A stretch of DNA of 60,538 bases, filler included, from Trypethelium eluteriae (lineage: Eukaryota), in assembly GCA_051942245.1 (NCBI GenBank). It is 3 parts of 3 records of this genome, joined end to end, with 100 filler letters (N's around TTAATTAATTAA, not from the genome) between each part and the next. Parts side by side here need not be neighbours in the genome. Positions count along the whole stretch, not along the records: positions 40,545 to 60,538 come from JAVECL010000505.1; 2 more parts are not named here. One strand, given 5' to 3'. Position 1 is the stretch's first letter, and each line of letters opens with the position of its first letter. Below, one piece after another: positions 51,331 through 60,538 of this stretch. A program made the translations under genes and the position numbers. The notes beneath the pieces were generated by a model that saw nothing but the letters and a program-made list of their open reading frames with translations, had not been told where the DNA came from and ran no database searches.

Positions 51331-52144
51331 GTTTAATAAAAAATACTTAAATTATTATTAAAGTTATATTTTATATATACAGTAAATTAACATTTAATTT
51401 AAAAAGAAAGTTACTTAGACAAACTTTTAAAACATTCTAATACTCTTCTACTATTTTTTATAACAATTAATTATTTTATATAAGTTAATAATAACAGCAG
51501 CCTAAATCTTATTATTTTTAGATTTAAAAAATAAGTCTATTTATAGAATAGTATGTTTATTAAATGTATATTTCTTATTATAAAAAAAGTTATTATAAGT
51601 AATTATATAAAGTAACATAATTTCTTTAAATCTAAATACTCATTTTATAAATCTATATAATATTTCCGAGATTTTTTAAAAGCCTTTATACTTATCAGAA
51701 TCACTTAAGCTGCTTTAGCTAAGGCTTTTTAAGTTAGGTCTGAGGTTGAGCGTTACAAAGCAGCTAGCCCGCTGCTCAAAGTTAGAACCTAATTGTTTTA
51801 TATATAACAATTTCAGATTATACTTCACAGTTATTAGAAAAACAATTAACTTCTACACAGCTACAGATTAATTTATCTATTCCTAAATCACATGTCTTTC
51901 ATGGCTTAGCTCTCCTTACCAAAAGTTTCAGAATGCAGCACATGCTAAGACACTCCAGATTAAGATCGTTGAAAGGGTTCGAGCTACGCAGCTCCTTTAA
52001 GTCTTTGCGCCCCGCTCGAGATGAACAACCTCAATGATCAATTGAGAAGACTAGCTACAACATCAAAGCATCTGCGAGATTGCGCGAGCTCTTGCCAAGG
52101 TAGCATTTCGTCCAGCCAAGGGATGAAAGTCTGGGAGGAATCGA

Positions 52145-54352
52145 CTAGGGACGGGATTCCGCTCCGTTCCGCACTCCATCACGTGTCCAATCCCATGCCT
52201 CCACCCTCTCTATTCTGCTCCCATCATTAGCTCCTTGCCAATCGCTAGCCCAGATGAAGGTCGTGCATCGCCATTGCGTTCCTCGCTCTTTGTTCCCACT
52301 TGGACTGATCGGTCTCGCACACATCCAGAATTCTCGCCCAAGATTGAATCCCTTTTTCTTTGACTGCAGTCTCATGCATGGCTCATGGTGCGATTCGCAC
52401 CGAGGTGCAGCCGGCTTTGCGAAAAGGCGGTCCCAGGATTCTTTGGAGACGATAGGATCAAAGATGGTAGGCGACTCCGGGTCGTCACATTCTTTTGTGA
52501 GATCACTGTTGCCGGGCTTCTCGGTTGTCACGCCTTGATCTGAAGGCTGTTCGTCTCCGGACGCGATGTGGATATGAGTACTTGCTTTGGTTTGGACATG
52601 GCTTGACTGTGAAGCTATAGGAGTTGTACTGTCTTTCTTTACTTCGGCCAGTGTCTCAGCTAAATCACCCTCTGGAGGATTCTTACGTTACGTTAGACTC
52701 ATTTGCGGCTTTCCCTCTAGGCAGATCATCACTAACCTCCGTTGGCTTCGCTGCTGTCTTAGGTTTGAAAAAGCCCCTTAAGCTTTGTTGCCCTTTCACT
52801 GGAGGCGTTGGAGGGGTGCTGGTAGTTTTTGACTTGCTGCGTTTGACTGTCTGCAAAGGCGACGATGAGGAAGCCTGGCGCTTCTTGTCAGTACGCGGCT
52901 GCTTTTCTGTCCTTTCAGGTGACGACGTCAATGAAGCAGTCTTCTGAGATTCATTCTGCGCGGCAAAAGATGACTGTGTCGAAACATTACTCGATGGCTC
53001 CATCAGCGATTGTGGGAGTGTTTTTGACGCATCATCGCCGGACTCAGCAGCGCTCTCGACCTTTGCAAGAGACGGTTTTCGGGAGAACATGTCCTTGATA
53101 TTTCGCCGCTTCTTGAACTCTGGGAGTAACCTACAGGAGAAGGCTGGGATTTCTTTGGTATTGTAATCCCACTGCCGAGCTCCTCCCTTGAACATCCCAG
53201 GAGGATTCATCATATCAAGGAGGGAAACGAGTTCACTACTGTCTTCGACAATGTCCTTGAAGACAGCATAGACGGGGCAATGGTCGGAGCCCTGTCTGTG
53301 CTGTCAGCCAATTCCGTCAGGATCAAGCAGAAATGAGAGGACAGACCATGAGTCCTTCCTGAATATTCGCTTCACGGAACCATGTCTTCATACCGATACT
53401 GCAAAGAATATAGTCAATCCTAGAGCCGTAGTTGCCAGGGCGAGCATTGATTTTCTGTTCCCAATGAGTGTACATGCCCTTCCTATTCGGATGAAACTCT
53501 CTGCAGATATCCCATAATATTGGCTTCTCCCGGCCTGGATCTCTATCACCAGCCACGGGTCCACCTTCGACGAGCTGATTGAAAACACGACGGTTTGGGG
53601 TTGATATGTAGTCTTCATGAGATATGTTGCTCTTTCGCATATCCTCTTCGGCGTTCGCGGTCTCGATCTCGCTCCGGGAAACATTGAGATCACCCGTTAA
53701 AATCACTCGCTTTCCCATGGCGTGCAAATTACGAATACGAGTGTCCAGCGCCGTCAGGAATGCATAGCGAAAGTCTTCGCGCATACCATTACTGTTGGCA
53801 GGACTGTAGACACCAAATAAAACGAAGGCGGGAAATTCGAGGATGACACAGCGACCCTCAGCGTCCAGTGCTCCGGCATCAATCTTCTTAGAATCATCCA
53901 TAATTGAAGCCGGGATGAGGCCGGAGATTTGCTTTTCAGTGAGATATCCGCCAATTTGTTGTTCTTCAGGAAGTTCGCGATATTGACATGATGAGTTGGG
54001 AGGGCATAGAACACCAATGAGACCTTCTTCGGCTCGAATTGGTGCACAGACAGATTGGCGCGTGTAAATGGCGACCCCCGAGTATCCTAATATCGGATCA
54101 GACTTCTGACGTATGTGTAAGCTTCGTTCTCAATTTACCTTTCTTATGCTTCGGTAGGCTGTAGTAACAATCCCAGCCAGGCACTAAGACCATGTCATCG
54201 GTGAGATCTTTGCGTTGTATCTTCAGTTCTTGCATGACCACGATATCCGCCTCGAGAATATCGAACATGCCGTTGAAGGTCCTCTGATCTCGCCATGGTT
54301 GGTATCCAAATGGATTGCGGATCCCATTCACATTCCACGTCGTGATTCGCAT
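52145..54352 (-). CDS. APN2: Class II AP endonuclease Apn2 (ExoIII family, PIP box, zf-GRF); frame broken at 52684-52695
   Basis: MRITTWNVNGIR, MQELK, GYSGVA, TGDLNV, SRIDYIL, SDHCPV, PIP box QQSLRGFF, and GRF finger CESHHEPC...GREFWMCARP...CTTFIW. Confidence 0.93.
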
Positions 54353-54631
54353 CGTAGCAAGAGCTTCCGTCGCTTCATAGCTGATTAAAGGAGATGAAGT
54401 GAGGAATGACTGCCTCAGCCAGTGCACACCGGAGCAGATGTCAACGAGGTCGCGTTCCGCGACAAGCTGGGTGTTGAAGTGACGCCTGTTCACGTGATGC
54501 AAAGTGACGTTGGATGGAAGTGAGGTGTGACAAAAAGTTGGCAATATGGACTTGGCCGACTTCACATTCTACGATCAAAAGGTATACACTTCATCGTACT
54601 CAATTGCATTCAACTTCACATTATACACAGA

Positions 54632-55281
54632 ATGTCGGCTTCCAGAATGTTACTGCGCAATGCGCGCGTTGTACCTCGTCGAGCGGCTCTTCGTCGACCC
54701 TATTCTTCTGAAGCTGGCGGACAATCTGGTTTCTCTGGAGCGCAGGACAATGCTTTCAACCGTGAGAGGAAAGCCGTGAAGGACCACGCTGCAGCTACAA
54801 GCGGTCAGTACAGCTCTCAGAAACAATCTTAAAACTCAGACGCTGCTGCGAACGAGCCTGCTGCTAACAAGACTACCAGATCTTTGGCGAAAGCTGTCCA
54901 TCTAGTAAGACCCTTCGTTCCCCCTGGTTATGGGCTCAGTGCCCGCTTTGTGGCATGGACAGTTCACAAATAGAGGACCTGACAATTGCCACAGCGTAGT
55001 CGTTCCATCTCTCATCCTGGGCGGAGCAAACGCGTGGAGGCTGTGGACCGAGCACTGGGAGCATTGGGAACATGAGCTCCACGAGCACCCCATGGAGGAG
55101 CGACCACAATTCCAATATCAGAATATTCGGACGAAGAATTACCCCTGGGGTGATGGCGACAAGGTACGGACTTGCATTTTGCTATCCTGGCTCTCCAAAA
55201 AAAATGCCAGCGCATTACTGATTTGGAATGTAGACTGCGTTCTGGAACGACAAAGTCAACTATCACAAGAAGGACGAGTAA
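54632..55281 (+). CDS. COX13: Cytochrome c oxidase subunit VIa
   Basis: Arg-rich presequence, HAAATS|DLWRKLSIY, YQNIRTKNYPWGDGDK|TAFWNDKVNYH; three introns. Confidence 0.95.
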
Positions 55282-55639
55282 ATACGAGCTGGTTAGTCTG
55301 ATAACGCGGATTAGGCAAGAGCCACTGTGACTGCAATATCGAATTGGTGTGTATCATAAAGAGCGCTTTAGAGACGAAGAAACACAGGGTCGTCCAAACA
55401 TAACCCCGGATCTAGCTCGTGAGAGTGACCATCTTCAAACATGCTAATGTCTGGACGATCCTCAAAATATCTCCTGTTGTTCTAATGTCTGCACCTGGGT
55501 ATCTTCCACGTGAATCATCCGTCCTCTAATGTGCCCTCACCCAACCAGATTTTAGTGATTGTGGTCTGTTAGACCATAGCGCTCCCCAAAAGAATCCTAG
55601 CTGCAGATTGAGTACTATAACCGCGGGAAATTTTGTCCT

Positions 55640-58456
55640 TTATTCTGTCGTCTTCTGTTTTTCAGGCATGAGCAAGGTAAAGCTCGAATCTGGGCCGCTT
55701 TCCTCTTTCATCCTCTCAATCGATCTATCATGCAGATGTACATATTCCGCAGCCTTCTTGCTCGTAGCTGTATCGTCACCTCTCAACCGACAAATGATGG
55801 CTTGCTTGGCAAGCATCTCAAGCTGACCATTGAGATCCTCAACTCTTTCGTACCCTGCAACCAGCTCGCGTCAGCTCGCAATCTCCAACGGTCAAACTCA
55901 GAAGAAACCGTGTTGGGCTAGACCTACATTCCATAGCGCGCGAAAGAAATCGGTTCGCTTCGAACAGACTTCTACTTCGCTCTCGTGTTCCTGACTCTGC
56001 ATTACCAGCGATGCCCATATGGGCGTCAGCCTGGGTAGCAAAGAGTTCCGCGCACAGCATTGAATCCTCTCCTTCGAGAGCCTATGTCGGTTAGTTTAGT
56101 TGACGATGTAGTGTCGGTATCAACCTGGTGGACGTGCCTGCGGTGTGATCCCATCAAGTAGCTTGACTGCCGCCGCGAACTCCTTCAAGCTAACCAGAAT
56201 ATTACAGAGCACCCCCACCGCCTCCCAAGCCGCAGGCATAATTCTCGCTTTCAAACTCGCGTTTGCTGCCCGTAAAGCGACGCTGAAGCCCATCTCTGGT
56301 TTCCCAGCCCTGGAAAAGACTTTGCCTTTGCAGCTCAGCACCCGGATGCGTTGGTACACGTCTGCGCCTTCGTCTTTGAGACGAACACCAAGGTCTTCAA
56401 CAAGATCGAAGGCAGTAGGAAGCTTTTGTTGACGAATCAGGTAGTCGACCTCGAGCAGTGCAAGCTCTAGATTGAGTTCAGGATCGAGTGGTGAAGCGGC
56501 TTTGAGTCGTGAGAGGAGGTGAGAGGATGCTACAATGTTGTTGCTATGCAAATGTGAAGGATTAGTATACAATCTAGGGATTAATGTAGAACAATCCGAA
56601 CATACTGGTGTAGCTGTTGCTTAAGCTTCAGTATGCCGGAATAAGTCGTCAGATATTGATAAAACTTAAGCACGCGATTTACTTCTGGAGTCATCCCGTC
56701 GAGGAGGTCCATGGCACGAGTATACTTACCCGCCTGAGCGGCCTTAGAACGCCATCGTCAGCTGGGAAAACCCAAAGTATTGCTGGAGCATCATTACCAT
56801 GTAAGCTAATCGGCAAGTCGCGCGAAGGTTTTCCTCTACTGGAGAGCTACGTCCATGGCATACCTTCAGCACCATGGCTTGTTGCTTTGCTGGCTCTGAT
56901 AGACCTGGACGTATATCAGGAAATAGCATACAAATGATGGATATCCTATAGTAACGTACCAAGTCTACTCAGAACTGAAGATAGCATGAGCATTTGTGCA
57001 CCGGTAACACTGGCAAGTTCGTGATGGAGGTTGAGATGCGAGGATTCGTAAAGGTGCTCAAGCGCTTGAGAGATGCTATCACCCTGCCGCATCGAATTAG
57101 AAATGGCAATGAGGAATCCGAACAACCGCAGGACTTACATTCGAAAGACGGAGTTTCGTCTGACTGAGCAAAGTCGAACTGAGTAAGCTCCACATCTTGT
57201 CGTCTCTCGCTTTGGACTCCAAAAACTCAAGTCCCTCTCGCTCTGAGCCGATGACCTCTCGGTACCCTGCAGCTTTCATTTGGCCAGGATACGCTTTACT
57301 CAGGTGATAAAGCCAGCTGAGGCTGAAGTTCAGACAACTCATGTCCTGGTTTTCTCGAGCAGTAGCGATAGTCTCCTGCATGGCAGCGTAGGCCTCGCCG
57401 AAGCAGCCAAAATCTGCTTGGAGTACTGCCATGTGGAGCAAAGCGTATTGGTAGTATGTTTTGTCGCGTATGGACATGGTATAGTCAAAATAGCGGTGGA
57501 GATTATCGAAGGCTGAGGTATAATCTCCAGCCCGCCAAGCATCAAAGAAGCTAGGCATAATTAGCAGGAGATGGTGGAGCCTCTTGGAGACCTCAACGTA
57601 CTTGACGAAATGAGACAAACTTGGAACGGAAATGCCAGGGCTGACCATGGCTTGAAACTGTCTCTTCATTTCTTCTGGCACTCTGTTTCCATATTCTAGA
57701 GCAGGTTAGTGATGGATAACGAGCAGGAAATTGGAGCATACTTTGGAGTTGCTCAATCTGATATTCTAATAATCGCTCGACATCCTCATTGCTGGCTCCC
57801 TCCTGCACGTTTGTCTGGTGTGAAAGATATCCGTCCAATGAAGAATGTAGCATCAATGGGTCTGCTCGATTGAGGCTCATGAGCTCGGGATGTCTCTTCC
57901 GTACGGCAGCCTCTGTTGGTGCTCTATAGCTGACGAAGCTCTCCCATAGCTTGATGGTATCATCGAATTGAAGCCTAGTAAACTCCAAACATGCCCGCCG
58001 CACGAAGAGGCCTACTGGGGAATTTCGCCGAGAAATTGGATTTTCACGTATCTTGGGCCGTTTGTTGAGTTCATGATCAAGCTCCTTTTGAATGCGTTCT
58101 TCAGCAGTTGGCGCGAACACATCAAAAGGAAGAATTTTGAAGAAGCTATGAAGGTCGTCGAGACATGTGAAGTCTTGCCATATTTTTTGGAGAAATACAT
58201 CCCATGCATTTTGGCCCGGCCAGCTGGCGCGCCTACCAGCCCTGAGAATTCTCTCAAAGTCGCTCAGCTGGAGTGCTGCCCACCCGGGTGCGGTTGGTGA
58301 CGCGCCGGGTACGATGAGAGAAATCACGAAGGAGAGAATGTCATAATATGATACTAACTCAAAGCCGTTGTACTCGGCTCTGGGGCTCCAGCTAGTTGAG
58401 TACAGCCAGATCAGTGCTAGAACGCTGACCTTTGACGGAGTGAGATAGCGCGACAT
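55640..58456 (-). CDS. APC5: Anaphase-promoting complex subunit 5, multi-exon
   Basis: MSRYLTPSKV, SPVGLFVRRACLEFTRLQF, DAWRAGDYTSAFDNLHRYFDY...YQYALLHMAVLQADFG, ARENQDMSCLNFSLSWL. Confidence 0.92.
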
Positions 58457-58571
58457 TCTGCACAACTTCGGTCTAAGGTGGAGGGAATCCTACTCATGGC
58501 AAGACGGCTCGAAAGGTTTAGGATGTGGGAAGATTGGCGTTGAGGACGAGAAATGGGGAGTGCTGGGGCCT

Positions 58572-58599
58572 TGACGCGTCCCGAAGCGTCCTGACGCGT
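58572..58599. promoter_or_regulatory. Two MCB-like elements (TGACGCGT x2) upstream of APC5
   Basis: ACGCGT at 58574 and 58594, ~120-140 bp upstream of the ATG. Confidence 0.4.
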
Positions 58600-58835
58600 A
58601 GAAGTCGCCGATCCTCGTGATCAAGAGATGCCGCATTGCGCGAAGACTGAGAGCCACGAATTATAGTCACAAGGTTTTGCAAGTTTCGAAGTCGAACTTG
58701 ATAAAGGTGTCGCTATATATAATGAAGAAGCCACGCAAGTACCTCTGCCTCGGTAGTCGAGAAGCGAGCGCAACCCTACTTTACCAATCTCGAGGTATTG
58801 ACACTCTCAGCACAGCATCTATCTCTTCTACGGAG

Positions 58836-60044
58836 TTACACTATGTTCTCATCCCATTTCTTCCCCACTAGCCTCTCGTACACCTCTATATACTTCGAGG
58901 CCGTCTTCTCCCTAATGTCTTCTGGAATTTCTACACCAGCTTGCCCCTTCAGGCCACTCTGGCTCAACCAGTCTAAACAGTGAGCTTGGATGCAGGAATG
59001 AGTTTGGGTTTGAGACAACTTACCACGGAGGAATTGTTTATCGAAGCTCTGTTGGCTTTGCCCTGGCTTATACTCATCTGCTGGCCAGAATCTACTGCTA
59101 TCAGGCGTCAGAACTTCATCGATGAGGACGACCTCGTCAGTCTCCTCATCTACACCAAACTCGAATTTCGTGTCGGCGATGATGATGCCACGTTTGAATG
59201 CGTAATCCCGAGCCTTGAACAGTTAGGTGCCCTTCGAAGAACAGGAAGATTGGTGAACGACAAACTTTCGTATAAATCTCAAGGCTCAGCTCTTCAATCC
59301 TCTTCGCGTACCGAGATCCTACCAGTTCTGCGGCCTGGTCAGGATGTATGTTTTCGTCACTCTCTCCAGGCGGTGCCTGCAGCTATGTAAGTCAAGGCTC
59401 ACAGATATCGATAGCGACCTTCACCTTCGTGCTAGGGGTCCAGAGAGGCCGTAGAAGCTGATCGCTTTCCTTCAACTTGGCTCCATCCTCTCCACTAACA
59501 GGAATTCCGTGTATTGTTCCCCTTTTGCAATACTCGGCCCATGCGCTTCCGGTGATATAGCCTCGGACTATAGACTCAATGGGTAGGGCTCTCAGTCGGC
59601 GAACTTGCATGCTTCGAGACTGCAGTTGCCGAGCACCTTCCACTTGAGGCTCTTGTAAGAGAGACTGGGGAAGATCAAGCGTAACGAAATGCGTCTTGAG
59701 CGAAGGGATGAGCGAGGGTAGCACTGAGAACCAATGCGCGGAGAGAATGTTCAGAAGAGCGCCTCTCGTTGGTATACCCTACATCAGGGCCTATGGTCAG
59801 TTTTGACCTCGAGCATTAGAGTCATATGGTAGACATGAGACTAACATTCTTGAGGACCACATCGTTGGCAGATCTATGCAGAGGTATTAGCTTCAGTGTA
59901 CGAGGCAGACGCCATTACTTACATTCGATCTGTCGCAACGAAGAGAAGGGTCGACTCGTCGATTTCATATACATCGCGCACTTTGCCGCTTGCAACTAGG
60001 TGCAACTTCCCACCGAGGTCTGTCTTGATGAGCGAAGACTCCAT
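58836..60044 (-). CDS. ADE1: SAICAR synthetase, multi-exon
   Basis: SGKVRDVY...LFVATDR|ISA, IVRGYITGSAW, TPSTK|A...DENI, GIIIADTKFEFG, DEVLTPDSSRFW. Confidence 0.96.
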
Positions 60045-60140
60045 TGGTGTAGTCCAAAAGGAAAGTACCAGAAGCACCCTGATGTTGTAAAATAGGTGGT
60101 GGAAGCTTGTAAGTTGAGCCACGGAGACAAGGACCTACCT

Positions 60141-60164
60141 TATATATATATATATATATATATA
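60141..60164. repeat. (TA)12 microsatellite upstream of ADE1
   Basis: Directly visible TA run. Confidence 0.95.
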
Positions 60165-60398
60165 CTGAAGCTGCTACTGCTGGTCACGAATATCGCTCGT
60201 GAGCATGTGGTAGCATTCCTTAACCCTCACAGTAGATCACCACGCCCGCTCATTTGGGTACAGGAATGCGCCGTAGCATAGCTTGTATTCTGTGAGAGAC
60301 TTTCGCGGAGTATTCTGGCGGGGCGCGGGCAAGTTAGCCGAGTGACGTGCCGGTCCTGCTGCTGGTGCCCGTCCGTGCTGTCTTCGGCAACGCGACCC

Positions 60399-60538
60399 CA
60401 GACTGGGCAACGGTACGATTATCGCCGATAGTATCGGCGGTATTTTTATCGTACGATACGGTACGATAACGATACTATCGTACGATACGCTAGCCCCCAC
60501 ACAAATAGCTAAATTTTAGAAATTCTTTGTGAAATAAG
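60399..60538. mobile_element. Probable terminus of a DNA transposon/MITE (hAT-like)
   Basis: CAGACTGGGCAACGG followed by a dense array of direct and inverted ACGATA/TATCGT motifs and the CGCCGATA-G-TATCGGCG palindrome, then AT-rich sequence. Confidence 0.45.

Noticed and set aside
34128..58456. Apparent DNA-repair/cell-cycle cluster (RAD17, APN2, APC5)
   Set aside because: Spans an artificial contig join and is interleaved with unrelated genes.

Overview
Eukaryotic DNA from a filamentous ascomycete: short GT-AG introns with CTRAY branch sites, and RIP-type hypermutation. The protein style suggests Pezizomycotina, probably Dothideomycetes (inference). The window is three contigs joined by artificial N44-TTAATTAATTAA-N44 spacers (20307-20406, 40445-40544), so gene order across them is unproven. 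Contigs 1-2 are mostly housekeeping: an HNH-domain relic, an SDR, MMM1, a WHIM1/DDT-like chromatin protein, RPL2, a BAR protein, Snf2/Sth1 ATPase, HIS6 (partial), LRG1 (partial), RPB4, RIM15, RAD17 and PI-PLC (partial). Contig 3 starts with an accessory region: a HeLo-like/ankyrin-like gene and a ~5.8 kb RIP-damaged island. The island holds a minus-strand chromoviral Ty3/Gypsy element cut by three co-oriented LTRs, plus a kinase-like relic. APN2, COX13, APC5, ADE1 and a probable DNA-transposon end follow. Best leads: (1) an antisense extra ORF with a reconstructable Zn(II)2Cys6-like motif inside the retrotransposon; (2) a 10-bp TA-CGT-TA-CGT-TA insertion that frameshifts APN2 and resembles two stacked Tc1/mariner excision footprints; (3) LTRs sharing one half but not the other, with mosaic RIP. 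All family calls come from motif recognition by eye; no searches were run.
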